Positions 1-13,200 of a stretch of DNA of 64,000 nucleotides are shown here, in pieces. The notes beneath the pieces were generated by a model. The model ran no database searches. It was not told where the DNA came from and was given only the letters and a program-made list of their open reading frames with translations. This stretch comes from Antedon mediterranea (Eukaryota; Animalia; Echinodermata). Each line of letters starts with the position of its first letter. Positions within the stretch are counted from its first letter, which is position 1. Position numbers and translations under genes: made by a program. Location: assembly GCF_964355755.1 (NCBI RefSeq), contig NC_092675.1:3033812-3097811 (forward strand). The letters are read 5' to 3'.

Positions 1-322
1 ATTTTTGAAAATTTTTGTAGTTTTTAACATTTTTTAAATTTGTAAAAATTTTTAAAACTTTTAAATTGTTATTATGCAGGCCTATATCAATATTCTGATG
101 TTTTCAGTTAAACTTGTTTTTAACATTTTGAATATATATTTATTGTTCTTATAATAAGTGATATTTAATTGTAATTTTGTTTTAATATTTTGATTGTATG
201 TTCTACCTTTCTAAATGTCTTTTATATTTTTATATTGCATTTTATTGTTCTGAGTGAAACGCTTTTGTTAAACTTCAATCTTTCGTTTGATTGCAATAAA
301 GTTCTATTCGTATTCGTAGTTT

Positions 323-2183
323 TATAATACTGTACCTCTATGGGATTGTGTTAGAGTTCACTATTTAGTTGTATAATACCTCTATGGGATTGTGTTAGAC
401 TTCACTATTTAGTTGTATAATACCTCTATGGGATTGTGTTAGAGTTCACTATTTAGTTGTATAATACCTCTATGGGATTGTGTTAGAGTTCACTATTTAG
501 TTGTATAATACCTCTATGGGATTGTGTTAGACTTCACTATTTAGTTGTATAATACCTCTATGGGATTGTGTTAGAGTTCACTATTTAGTTGTATAATACC
601 TCTATGGGATTGTGTTAGAGTTCACTATTTAGTTGTATAATACCTCTATGGGATTGTGTTAGAGTTCACTATTTAGTTGTATAATACCTCTATGGGATTG
701 TGTTAGAGTTCACTATTTAGTTGTATAATACCTCTATGGGATTGTGTTAGAGTTCACTATTTAGTTGTATAATACCTCTATGGGATTGTGTTAGAGTTCA
801 CTATTTAGTTGTATAATACCTCTATAGGATTGTGTTAGAGTTCACTATTTAGTTGTATAATACCTCTATGGGATTGTGTTAGAGTTCACTATTTAGTTGT
901 ATAATACCTCTATGGGATATGTGTTAGAGTTCACTATTTAGTTGTATAATACCTCTATGGGATTGTGTTAGAGTTCACTATTTAGTTGTATAATACCTCT
1001 ATAGGATTGTGTTAGAGTTCACTATTTAGTTGTATAATACCTCTATAGGATTGTGTTAGAGTTCACTATTTAGTTGTATAATACCTCTATGGGATTGTGT
1101 TAGACTTCACTATTTAGTTGTATAATACCTCTATGGGATTGTGTTAGAGTTCACTATTTAGTTGTATAATACCTCTATGGGATTGTGTTAGAGTTCACTA
1201 TTTAGTTGTATAATACCTCTATGGGATTGTGTTAGAGTTCACTATTTAGTTGCATAATACCTCTATAGGATTGTGTTAGAGTTCACTATTTAGTTGCATA
1301 ATACCTCTATGGGATTGTGTTAGAGTTCACTATTTAGTTGTATAATACCTCTATAGGATTGTGTTAGAGTTCACTATTTAGTTGTATAATACCTCTATGG
1401 GATTGTGTTAGACTTCACTATTTAGTTGTATAATACCTCTATAGGATTGTGTTAGAGTTCACTATTTAGTTGTATAATACCTCTATAGGATTGTGTTAGA
1501 CTTCACTATTTAGTTGTATAATACCTCTATGGGATTGTGTTAGAGTTCACTATTTAGTTGTATAATACCTCTATGGGATTGTGTTAGAGTTCACTATTTA
1601 GTTGTATAATACCTCTATGGGATTGTGTTAGAGTTCACTATTTAGTTGCATAATACCTCTATGGGATTGTGTTAGAGTTCACTATTTAGTTGCATAATAC
1701 CTCTATGGGATTGTGTTAGAGTTCACTATTTAGTTGTATAATACCTCTATGGGATTGTGTTAGAGTTCACTATTTAGTTGTATAATACTGTACCTCTATG
1801 GGATTGTGTTAGAGTTCACTATTTAGTTGTATAATACCTCTATGGGATTGTGTTAGAGTTCACTATTTAGTATAATATTGTACCTCTATGGGATTGTGTT
1901 AGAGTTCACTATTTAGTTGTATAATACCTCTATGGGATTGTGTTAGAGTTCACTATTTAGTTGTATAATACCTCTATGGGATTGTGTTAGACTTCACTAT
2001 TTAGTTGTATAATACCTCTATGGGATTGTGTTAGAGTTCACTATTTAGTTGTATAATACCTCTATGGGATTGTGTTAGACTTCACTATTTAGTTGTATAA
2101 TACCTTTATTTAGTTGTATAATACCTCTATGGGATTGTGTTAGACTTCACTATTTAGTTGTATAATACTGTACCTCTATGGGA
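323..2183. repeat. 44-bp minisatellite, about 42 copies
   Basis: Unit tacctctatgggattgtgttagagttcactatttagttgtataa; period 44 (cctct at 335, 379, 423); near-identical copies. Confidence 0.97.
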
Positions 2184-2421
2184 CTGAGGAAAGGTGATTA
2201 CGTTTTATTCTATTTTACACAATCAATGAAAATACAAAATATAGAACAACAGCTGTGAAATGGGGTTTGTGATAAAACAACAAATCACACTTCATGCATA
2301 ATAATGGTATAGTACTTTTTCGAACGCTCTAAATTTTGCAATTTTTTCAATCAATTAATGAATTTAGAATAAAATTACATTTTTGTAAGTTGGAAAGACT
2401 TACAATACATTTTGACAGGGC

Positions 2422-2606
2422 TTAAAGCGTGGTTCCCACTAGCGACGCAACGCAAGGACGTAACGCAACGCAAGTGAATTGACCAATCACAAGCGATGGC
2501 TTATTCGCTTGTGATTGCTAACTGTCTATAACTTCGCTTGTGATTGGTTAAAACGCTTGCGTTGCGTTTACGTCTTTGCGTTACGTTCTAGTGGGAACTA
2601 AGCTTT
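2422..2606. mobile_element. Palindromic ~185-bp MITE (PIF/Harbinger Tourist-like)
   Basis: taaagcgtggttcccactag...ctagtgggaactaagcttta terminal inverted repeats with TAA/TTA ends. A near-identical copy lies at 56112-56298 and fragments at about 61212 and 62300. Confidence 0.8.
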
Positions 2607-2677
2607 ATAGTACATTGTGGTAAAGAAATGTTTAACAAAAAAAGGTATGAACATAATGATGAAATGATAAAACTTAC

Positions 2678-2766
2678 TTGATGCACTGTGGTAATAGAAT
2701 AGACGAGTTACTGCTATCTAGGGTAAATGTGTCTAACAACCCATTGTAGTGCAGATTCACTATACA
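2678..2766 (-). CDS. RASGRF: RasGRF coding exon 12 (post-PH2 linker); gene continues beyond window start
   Basis: tttccccccag|TGT...AA|gtaagt; 89 nt, phase 0 to 2; CIVNLHYNGLLDTFTLDSSNSSILLPQCI resembles vertebrate CVDNIRCNGL...VPQMIK. Confidence 0.88.
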
Positions 2767-3148
2767 CTGGGGGGAAAAAATACATTTACATATTTAATCT
2801 TCAAATTATGCCCAAATATGGTAGTGATATGCTTAAATATTGTAGAAATATGACGTCATCGTGTTCATATTTGGGCACACCGCGTTTTTTTTGTCACATA
2901 AAGTTTGATAGTGTAGACAAAGCTTAAGTAATCTGTGTAAATAGGCATTTAATAATTCTGAGATTTTGACAAGTTATAATGTTCATGAGAATAAATTAAA
3001 ATAAATAACAGCATAAAAATGAACTTTGCTATAATAAGCGTACTTCACACCTGTCAGGCTGAAGAAAGAAAATACAAATCCACCTGCAAACTGCTTTGAC
3101 AGCAGTGCTTAGCGACAAACACGAAGATTGGTGAGGCGTTTAAATTAC

Positions 3149-3285
3149 CTGACTTATGTCACTGGTCCAAGCAGCTTTATCTTGCTGTGTGGAAGCTACG
3201 AGGATGATCTCTAACGCTGGGCCATTCTTAGGCTCAACTATCAGCTTAAAGTCTAAATTATCATATTCTGATGGACTACAACCTC
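3149..3285 (-). CDS. RASGRF: RasGRF coding exon 11 (end of PH2)
   Basis: ttcaacag|GA...CAG|gtaatt; 137 nt, phase 1 to 0; GCSPSEYDNLDFKLIVEPKNGPALEIILVASTQQDKAAWTSDISQ. Confidence 0.93.
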
Positions 3286-4328
3286 CTGTTGAAAAAGCAT
3301 TTCAATAAAGCATCCTTTTTGTTTTGTTTTTTTTTACAGTTACTTTCTTTAAAGATTAACAAATTAGAGGAAATCGAATATTTTTTTTTTCAATTTCATT
3401 TCCAAAAAACACAAAAGGCTACCAGCTGTCGCAACTATACAAAAAAAGGTTCTAAAAATGTATCATTGTTCGAATAACAAAAATTATTTTACAAAGCATT
3501 CTGAAACTCAGCTATGTAATTTAATAATATTATACTTTAGATGGACTACATAATGACAGATAACAAGCTTTAACAACAAAAATTACACTAAATATTAACT
3601 GTATTTTGTCCAGATTTATCTCCAACTTTAGACTACTGTCTCTAACAAAAAGATGATAATTATCAAAAATAAATTATTCGTAGGTTTCATAAGCAAATCA
3701 AAGTACAATTCATATTCATCCCCATCATTTTCCATTGACACAACCATTATCACACCATAATCATAGTCAAATTTGTCATTAATAAGTGACATATATGAAT
3801 CAACCATACAACTTGGATTTGTGTTGTAAAATGCAATACAATTTGCTACTGCTTGACACTTGTAAGTAATAGTACTAAAACATTACAATATCACTTTATG
3901 CTGTTATCAAACTAACTAAAGGAAAGCTTTTCTTCGGCATCATTTTATTCTCAATTTTCAGTATTCCTTTTTCTAAATATAGCTATAAAAGAATTTCCAT
4001 AGATGTATTTCATCATTTTTAGTCCGAATTTAATTGAATAATATCATCGTGTAATTATTATATTGAAACACATGACTGGTTTCTCTTGTCTCTGCCACAT
4101 ATACTTATCTAGGGACCTTTAAAATAATGATAATCATATGCGGAAAAAAAAGTACTTGTTCTATGCTGTAGAAGAAGACAGTGTATTTAAAATTAACTTG
4201 TTATACTCTTTAATCTAGGGTTTATAGATAACAATTTGTTATGTTTATTCGACGGCCAAGATACTAAGCTCTGCTGACCTATCCTTTGAGCAAAATAATC
4301 ACTTCATTTGTTTTACTTAATGGAATAT

Positions 4329-4839
4329 TAGAGAGGTTTCGCAATCATACGAATACGATAACGAAAACGGATACGTCACGCACACGTATTCGTTTTCGTA
4401 AACCATAAAAAAATCTGTTTCGCATGGCAACAAAATATTGAGACGCGTCCAAAATATGACTGCGGTAAATTTGAGCGAAGCGCAGGTAAGTGTTGCTTTG
4501 GTGATTGGCTGCCTAGGCCTAGCGTAACATCAAAGCGAGTGAGGACTTTAAAAACTGCTATTTATCAAAATTGACTTGGCATTTTAGTAAATTACTTTAG
4601 TAAATTACTTTCAATAAATCTATAATTATATTATAATCATGAATCATTCCTGATTCAAATGCAAAATGTGCAAAATAGATCAAAAACTATACTCGTTTTG
4701 TAGTTACGAATATGACTGGTGATATTCGTCAACACGAATACGCTTTACGAATATGAAATGGGGATCAGCTCAAAAGTTTCACAAATGTATGACGTATCCG
4801 TTTTCGTTATCGTATTCGTAAGGTTGCGAAACCTCCCTA
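4329..4839. mobile_element. ~510-bp MITE with ~50-bp TIRs (family A, copy 1)
   Basis: agagaggtttcgcaatcatacgaatacgataacgaaaacggatacgtca ... tgacgtatccgttttcgttatcgtattcgtaaggttgcgaaacctccct; second copy at 31688-32195. Confidence 0.9.
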
Positions 4840-5504
4840 CTGTCAAATTAGAAAAACACTAAAATTAACTTTTAGATTAAGAATAGAATAGAAATGACAA
4901 CAGGTGCGCCGTCATTGCGTTATTTAGGAAACTGAGAATTATAGAGTATGCTTGTTAATAATAAAACACCATTGATGGGGTGATTTATCAAGAAAATTCT
5001 TTTCATTTTCTTTCCTTTTTGAAAATATTAATAAGACTAAGAAAATTGTTATGTTGTCCAATAAACACAATATTGATTGAAAAATTGGCTGGTTAGATTT
5101 CTAATCTCAAATGAAAATAGAGGATGCAAAATGAACACATTCATGCAGGCAAACTAAACAAAGACGTTCATCATTAATAGAGGTTTTAGAGTTGTCTTAA
5201 GTTGATGATATTTTTCCAATTTTGGATCAGTCAGGTATCAGGCTGGTACTTTTTTGTAGGCCTAATATTACAAATATTATTAATTATAAATAACCTAACC
5301 TGTAATTGGAGGATTTTAAAATGAAAACACTAAATATGAGTTTTTTAAACTTGCATTTTTATCTAAACATCTTCTAATTCAAATAAATATCTTGAACTAG
5401 TTACGGCACATACATATTGTATTTTCAAAGAATTAAAATGAAGATTAAGTCATTACAAAATAACTGCTTCTATTTCATTAAATTGGAGAAATTTAAATCG
5501 TTAC

Positions 5505-5571
5505 CTTCATCATCAAAGGGATCATAATCCTCAACAAGTGTGGTTTCCATTAAAGGGATTTTGCCACCAAT
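5505..5571 (-). CDS. RASGRF: RasGRF coding exon 10 (PH2)
   Basis: ttctag|ATT...G|gtaacg; 67 nt, phase 0 to 1; IGGKIPLMETTLVEDYDPFDDE. Confidence 0.88.
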
Positions 5572-5657
5572 CTAGAAGAAAGCAAAAGGACAATTGTTCA
5601 TTGAAGAGATTTGTTAATATAATACTATAATGCACAACAATTTTCTTAAAAAGCTTC

Positions 5658-5982
5658 AGGGGTGGATCATGTATGTTAGGAGGGGGGGGGGAGAACAAAA
5701 TACTCCTTTTTGGAGCCGGCAAGAGGGCATGTACTTTGTCGTAAACAAAAAACCCCTTTTCCCTATTTGTAGAAAGTAATCAGTCAGTCATTTTTTTTTA
5801 AAAGCTTCTGGGGTGGATCAAGATGTTGGGGGAGGTGGGAGGCGAGAAAACTGAAGTGACTATATTTTAACATTCCTCTATACCATTTGAAGATATTAAT
5901 ATAGATGCCGTAGAATATAGAACATTTGGTTAAGTTCAACAATTCATTTCTCTCCTATTTAAAAATCATAGATCCGCCACTG
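5658..5982. mobile_element. Degenerate MITE with CAGGGGTGGATC...GATCCGCCACTG termini (hAT-like)
   Basis: Short imperfect inverted termini; the left end is repeated at about 5808. Confidence 0.4.
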
Positions 5983-6016
5983 AAGTCATTTACTCAGAAT
6001 GAAAACGTTTTATAAA

Positions 6017-6285
6017 ATAGTATCCTCTCGGATAGTATCCTCTCGGATAGTATCCTCTCGGATAGTATCCTCTCGGATAGTATCCTCTCGGATAGTATCC
6101 TCTCGGATAGTATCCTCTCGGATAGTATCCTCTCGGATAGTATCCTCTCGGATAGTATCCTCTCGGATAGTATCCTCTCGGATAGTATCCTCTCGGATAG
6201 TATCCTCCCGGATAGTATCCTCTCGGATAGTATCCTCCCGGATAGTATCCTCTCGGATAGTATCCTCTCGGATAGTATCCTCTCG
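6017..6285. repeat. 15-bp minisatellite (gatagtatcctctcg) x ~18
   Basis: Directly visible; produces the IVSSR and REDTI repeat ORFs. Confidence 0.97.
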
Positions 6286-6408
6286 TATGAAGACCGAATT
6301 TGACACTGCCGACAAAATGATGCTATTTAAATTGTTTACATGCAAGTTGGCAACTGGAGGTGAAACAAACCCATAAAAAGGCAGACAAGGTAACAAACTA
6401 CTACTTAC

Positions 6409-6575
6409 CCTATAAAGATGAAGTTTTCCAGCTGATGTTCTCATGGTAATTAAAAGATGTTTTGTAAAAAGGAAACATTGTCTAACTCCCTCTTTCTTGG
6501 TTTCTCCTTTGGCGCCTAAAGATCCTAGGCGATGTCTACTCTGCTTTCGTTCATGAACCACTTGCACTAGGCTCC
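6409..6575 (-). CDS. RASGRF: RasGRF coding exon 9 (PH2)
   Basis: ttttaag|GG...AGG|gtaagt; 167 nt, phase 1 to 0; [56 protein letters not shown]. Confidence 0.96.
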
Positions 6576-7560
6576 CTTAAAAAGTATATTGTACACATAC
6601 AGTATGTTATGCAAGGGTTGTTCATATTCCTGTATAATATCATGATGGATTTTAGAATTTTTGAATTGGGACTTCAGAATGATATCTGGTTTTCTGTGTG
6701 GTTGGTGGTTGGAAACTACCACAACTCTACCTAAACCAGACAATGTGTAATACTCCAAGAACAATTTGACTCTCTGATAATATAGATTCATTGGCTTGAA
6801 AATTTGAAAGTTTTACAGAATGAAAATCATGTATTGGACATTACAAGCACAACATGGTTTTTAACATTTAGGGCTAATGTACCTTCTTCATATCTAACTG
6901 TTATCTTTTATTTAGGATAATAGATAGAATTATTTATGGTATAATTATTATTATTAAATATAAAAATAGACACTTAATTTTCAGGTGATCGTCAATAGAA
7001 TATTTGAATATTTTTTGTTCAGTTTACCCGAGCTTATGAATTCATAATCATAATGGAATAATTGAAAGAAAGAATAACTCTCATCTTTATAATACATCAA
7101 TAAATTCTTTGATGTTCCTGGTATGTTATTTTAGCAAAAAGCCATGCACATACATTAAAATGTAATGAAGTGAGCTAACCGGCATCTAAGCAATTTAAGT
7201 TTTACTATATGCATGTTATTTATAAATTTACTACAAACTAGGGGATAGAATAAATAATTTATGGCGGTAATAAATTCAACAGAGAGCACAATGTTAATAA
7301 ATTGTAAGGCAATAGCATTGAATTATGACAATAACGACCACCATTATACATTACACGTTTGAAAAAAAAACATGTATCCTGTATTTTAAATTTTGAAACT
7401 GCAAAAGAACTTTATATTAAAACCGAAGCTAATGTTCATATGATTATCGTTCAGTATTAGATTCATATGTAATTATGGGAACACTATGCGGAAGCAAATT
7501 GTTCCATAGGGAATTAAGTTACATAAGCTTCGTCATGTTCTTTCCACTATAAATTCCTAC

Positions 7561-7678
7561 CGTGTCTAACAAACGTCTGATGTACGTCGAGGAGAATGTC
7601 GCATCCCTCTACGATCATTCGTTCTATTGCTAGGTTTTTTCGAATGCTCTCAGTTTCAGATACCTCATCGTGCATTAC
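7561..7678 (-). CDS. RASGRF: RasGRF coding exon 8 (DH to PH2 junction)
   Basis: ttcag|GTA...G|gtagga; 118 nt, phase 0 to 1; [39 protein letters not shown]. Confidence 0.96.
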
Positions 7679-8292
7679 CTGAATATAACAACAAATTAAA
7701 AAACAAAATGATAAATAGAAAATAGAAACCTTAAAACTAAACCAGTCTAAAAAAAGTACTTTAAATCTTTTCAGTATATAGAAATAGCTTTTTTAAAAGA
7801 TTAATTAAAATTGAATTATTGTTATATTTACATTTTAATGCGTAATTTATAGTTTTTTTATCTGTCTGGCCTCAGTGTTTATTGTTTCAAAAATTTTTTA
7901 TTTATTACACAATGGCAAGTATAGTACCCTGACCTGCATTGGAAATTAGCTATTTATTATCTATTGTATAAGGACAAACAATTAAAAAATTAATTTTTAA
8001 TGCAAAATTGTAACAAACACATTGTCACCATTGACTTATTCAAAATAAAGTGGAGTTGTAGTTTGGTGGTTAAGATAAAAATAATGTCCTGGGTTTATAT
8101 AGCGCCTAATGCTGTGAAACCTCTAAGCGCTGAACATTATTACCCTGTTGAAAAACGTGTAAGAGTGTTTAACATTTTTATTTAATTTTTATTCAACCAT
8201 ATTTCACGAGGGTGACCCAGCCAGCGGAAGCTGATTTTAAGGGGCCCTCCACATAGAGGAAAATATTTTTTTTTTCTTCTTTCCTTAATATT

Positions 8293-8375
8293 ACCGTATA
8301 TTTCGGTGTATAAGTCGCACTTTTGACACGCAAATTTGACCTCTAAATTAAGGGTGCGTCTTATACACCGAACAT
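8293..8375. mobile_element. Terminal fragment of a Tc1/pogo-like DNA transposon
   Basis: TA-CCGTATATTTCGGTGTATAAGTCGCAC terminus with internal inverted copy GTGCGTCTTATACACCGAA. Confidence 0.5.
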
Positions 8376-8690
8376 AAATGCCTCACCACACACAGTGTAC
8401 ATATCGTCACCTCGTTGGCTAGGCCTGAGTAGGCTAGGCCTAGCTACAGTGTACTAACGTAACGGCAACCTGCTTCTGCCTAGTTTTCAAGGCATTTTAG
8501 CGTGATGTTATACTAAATATGATGAAAAGATTTGTTTATTATGGAGCTGTTTTAGGCGCTCCGATAAAATTTCATTTGTAAACGTTTACGATTGGAATAG
8601 GCCTAGTATTTATTTATAGTTATACGCACGATCGCCGACCGCCGTACCCCCAGCGCAAGCCCTTCCTTGGTGGCCACATGTTGACATTGA

Positions 8691-8880
8691 TTAAAGATGT
8701 ATTGTTCCCCCTGAAAAAATAATTCTTCAAACATTTTTTGTTGAATATTCCATTTTAATGTAAAATAATTGTTATCCACTTTGACCAAAAATTAGATCGA
8801 AAAAAAAACGTATTTAAAGCAAAAAATGGTCAAATTGGCTGCCAGCCAATGTTTTTTTTGGTTGAATTTAACCATTTATT
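8691..8880. mobile_element. Partial copy of the TTAA-AGATGTATTGT MITE family
   Basis: Reverse-complement match to the right half of 53228-53569 (ttatccactttgaccaaaaatt.gatcga). Confidence 0.7.
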
Positions 8881-9563
8881 TTGTTATTTTACAAGTGAAA
8901 ATGAAAAATCACCATAATAATAAAATAATAACAACAAATAATATAAAAATACAGAGCAACAGAATAAGAGGTTAAACACAAAGTAGGGTACTCTATAAAA
9001 AAAAAAAAAAAAAAAAACTTTTTAATATGTCAAAACTGAATTAACCATGTCCTCGCTCAAAATTTATTGTGTGTGAGAGGATAAAATATGTCACAATAAC
9101 TTGTAAAGAATAAAATGAAAACATGACTAGAATTTTAAATGTTTCACATAACAAAATGGAATTTGAATTCTTACAAGTATATTATCCAAGTAAAGTTAAA
9201 TTTCAACATAAAAGTTTAAAATATAAGTTTAAAAAGGAAAGTCAAAAAGATAGCGAATATTAAATTCATAGATCATAAATTATTTTAGGAATTATATTAA
9301 AGAGAGTAAGTTGAAGGTGAAAATAAACATTTCTTTAATTGACGTTATAATTAAAATTTCCAGAAAAACTCCCAAATAAATTAATAATGATAATATATGA
9401 TATTGTCAATTAATAATCTCAAATTAAGAATGATAAAAAATCCACCATCCGTCTGTATTAAATATATTTATCACAAAAAATATTCACCTCCCCCACCCCC
9501 AACTCACAAACAAAACTAGGTTAAAGTATTACTGTTTATTTTATCAAAACAAATAAGACGTAC

Positions 9564-9868
9564 CCTTGAGAGTTCTTCAAGTTTGTTCTTTGCATACTCT
9601 AAACTTTTTCTTTCAACGTGATCATGTGGAGTGTGTGCGAGTAACTCGTGGAGGGTGATGATATAGCGTGGGACTTGATGCATTGGATATGTCAGAAATA
9701 TCTCCATTGAGCGTCCCTCACATGCAGGCTTCGTTTCGTATTGTTGTAGTAGCTGGTTAAACAAAGGTCTTTGCTTGCAGGCTGCTAAAACTTGTAGACT
9801 GTAATGATGATTACGAACGTACTCATTGTAGATACTTAGCATTGGTAGCAGCATATCAAAAAGATCAC
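9564..9868 (-). CDS. RASGRF: RasGRF coding exon 7 (DH)
   Basis: ttttag|GT...AGG|gtacgt; 305 nt, phase 1 to 0; [27 protein letters not shown]...[43 protein letters not shown]. Confidence 0.97.
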
Positions 9869-10058
9869 CTAAAATCAAAGCAAGAGACAACAATTAGTTG
9901 TTAAGCAATTATATTATCGGTATACACTATAGGTTTTCTCATACAGTATTATGTCTAGTGACAATTTACATGTAGTATCCAGTCTGCTGACTCCAATAGC
10001 CCCATACCATAGTACCTAATTCCGAAATATCAATTTAACCTACTCTTTAAACAATATC

Positions 10059-10226
10059 TAAAGCTCTGTCTACACTATCAAACTAGTTTGCCAAAAAAAA
10101 AAGGGTAATATGTCCATATATGGTAGTGATATTCCCAAATATGGTAGTGATATGACATCATCATGTTCATATGAGTACATCACATTTTGTTGTCACATGA
10201 AGTGTGATAGTGTAGACAGAGCTTTA
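10059..10226. mobile_element. ~170-bp MITE (TIR aagctctgtctacactatca) with internal 21-bp repeat
   Basis: taaagctctgtctacactatca...tgatagtgtagacagagcttta; relatives at about 2807-2927, 37310-37533 and 61992-62110. Confidence 0.8.
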
Positions 10227-13200
10227 TAGATGATGATTGCTGTGAGAAGATGGCAGAGGATGTTTATTGTCGCTAGGCATTGTACTACTCATGTGTCCGG
10301 TACAAATGCAAATTAGAGTGATTTTCCATGGAAATGTACTAGTGTCACTGTTGAATGGAAAATAGCATTAAAAAAAATCTAGTGGTTCATCACGTCCTCT
10401 CCTTGAATTTGATTCTGAATACCAACTTCTTATAAGATGGTTTCTTATACCGAGGTAAATATATTGAGGTAATATTCAAGGAATCGCATTGTTTCCCTAA
10501 ACACCAATCATTTAGCATTGAAATCACTTTAAATTTGGGTTTAATGCTATTATTGTCGCCTATCCATGGTCTCACACCAATCCATAATTGGCCGGTGAAT
10601 AAGGTTGTGTACAGTATTACTTGTATTAATCATGGGACATACTAGAGAGTCAACTCAATCGCAGCTTTAAACATCGGTGCCTCTGGGAGAACTGTTATTT
10701 TTTACTGAAGAGGTTACCCAGTATAAAGAATATGTAAATAAAAAGAGGGACCATCAAATAATTCTGCATTCTCAATCGGCCATTCGAATACAGACCAGTT
10801 TGAAGTAACTGTTACTACTCAGTCTGTGTTACCTGCATGTTGAGCTTACTGCATCGAGCTTATTCTTAATGATTTAACAATGTATTTAACTGCATGCCAT
10901 TAACAATCTAATTACTGTACTGTATTTTTTAAAAGGTGTTTTATATGTGGTATTTAAATATTTAATATTCATTCATACTAACAATATTTTTTTGAACAGA
11001 TATGGTGACCATTTGTAGTTGTCTCAATTTAAACTTCATAACATTACGTTATTTTCAAGGGCAAAAAATCTTTAATTACACTTTAGTACCGACGTTTCCT
11101 ACATTTTCTTACATGGACATAAAGCATAATGAATACATAAAACCAATAAGCAGTCAAGATAACACGTGCATTTGCCATTAATACAGGCATTTACTTTACA
11201 CATGGCAATGAAGAGTCTTATCACGTTGATTTCAACATTAAAACATTGATAACATCTACATTTATCTGCCATAACAATGACTACAGGTACACAGTACACT
11301 AGTACATAAGAATAAGAATATCATTTGAATAAATGATATAAATAAAATATGTATTCATAATATTGGAATTTTGTTATGACAAATTATGGAAATTGTATTC
11401 AATGGTTTAGTAGGCATCAGCATCATTGGGAATTAAAAAAAACAAAAAATGATTTCCATTTTAATTACATCCAGTGCGAGGTGCCATGTCTAAGAGAATG
11501 CATCAACCTCAACAATTTGAAAATATTAAAATGGTTGGATATAATTGATCTCTTTAATAGTTTTAGTATAATTTTACATACATGATTGTGGTTCGTCTTA
11601 ACCTTAGAAAAACTATTAAAAAAAACAGTTGAATGGCCGAGTGGTTAAGACAGAGCACGCACTAATCCAACCATTTATCGACATAGGTTTTCCACAGACT
11701 TTTACCTAATTCTTCTTAGAAATAAAAGATAAACAGGTATATATACTATTGAAGATTTTGAACAATCTTTTATAAAAATAATATTATATAGTACAATAAT
11801 GTGGTTATTGCGCACAATTAAATTTATCTCAACTGCAATGAAAAAAACAATGAAATAAATTGGGTTTTTTTTCAATTGTATAAAAATAATGTTTATAATG
11901 CATAGAGATATCATACTTAAACTTCTAGAGATTTCACTAGTTGACAGTAAAGTAATTCTTCACCAGATATTTTTGGACAAGCCCAAGACTGTCCCGAATT
12001 TGGAATTGACACAATTGGGACATAGGGTCACTACTGTTATTCAATTGGTTGTTTGTCCAATGCAGTGATAAACAACAGGAGCTGAAAGAGACCAGAACAC
12101 CAGAAAAACCTATACCCTTTACAAAAGATGCCCTGGCTTCTTTTAGTACACAAGAGCCAGTGTAAATTGGACCTCATGGTTTAAGTTCATCCATAAAGAC
12201 TTGTTCTACCATCAGAATCGAGTAGCGCCTTGAGCTTGTGCCAATATGTGGCACATGCAAGGGTAATAAGTTGGAATTTTCAAAATTGAGATTTTCCCAA
12301 ACACTGAAACTACATAATCCAAGATTAAAAATGCTGAAAAAATATCTTGATACCATACCATGTTAATTAACTATTTTTCTATTATTATGCAAATTTTTAT
12401 TAAAAACAACCCACTGGAAGACTTTCGATTTAAGCATAAAACATGATAGGTTTATGAAAATCATAAATTTAAACTATCTTTTTAACCAACATACCACACA
12501 AAAAGTTCAAATTTATTTATTTATTTGTCTCAAAATAGAAAAACACCAAGGTAATATAAATAAATATTGTTTCAGCTATCCTTTTCTGTAAAAATTAAAA
12601 AAACATTAATTTTTCAGCCTTTTATTATTTTTGGCTGTCTATAAAAAAATCTACACATGCAACTTATGTCCGATTTTGCTTGCATAGTGTACCACATATT
12701 ATGGAGTGCACGACTCCTGGTGTTAACCACTCAGTCACTTCACTCACATTAAGATACTTAAAATAATTAGTAAAATTTTAATATCAAGATATTGAAGTAA
12801 TCATTTTCAACACAAAGATGTTTTCAACAAAGAAAATATCAACGTTTATAAAATCACAAACTCATTTTTATTTAAAATGTGATATTGTTTGTATGATAGT
12901 GATAATTGAGATATTAGGTAATTATTGCAGAGCACTAACTTTTACAACAGCCTTTCAATTTCATGATTTCATTAAATTGTGAATAATGAAACAATAACAT
13001 GAAAATGAAAGCATGAGGAACTCTTATGATGTTGGCATTGAGACTATTATTACTATCTGTATGGTATTGTTCATACTGTATGAAGTAAAATTATGGTTTT
13101 TATGTTTTCGTCAATACTGCACTTAAGAAGTGTCCACGAAAATGATGTATTGTTCGATAATAAACCATTGTTCATTGTTTCGAATATCACGTTTGATGCT

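Noticed and set aside
323-2183. CRISPR-like array
   Set aside because: Units are contiguous with no unique spacers, there are no cas genes, and the context is a eukaryotic intron.
1-2677. RasGRF REM/CDC25 exons
   Set aside because: No matching reading frame found; they presumably lie outside the window.
5999-6376. 125-aa IVSSR-repeat ORF on + strand
   Set aside because: Artefact of the stop-free 15-bp repeat, antisense within an intron.
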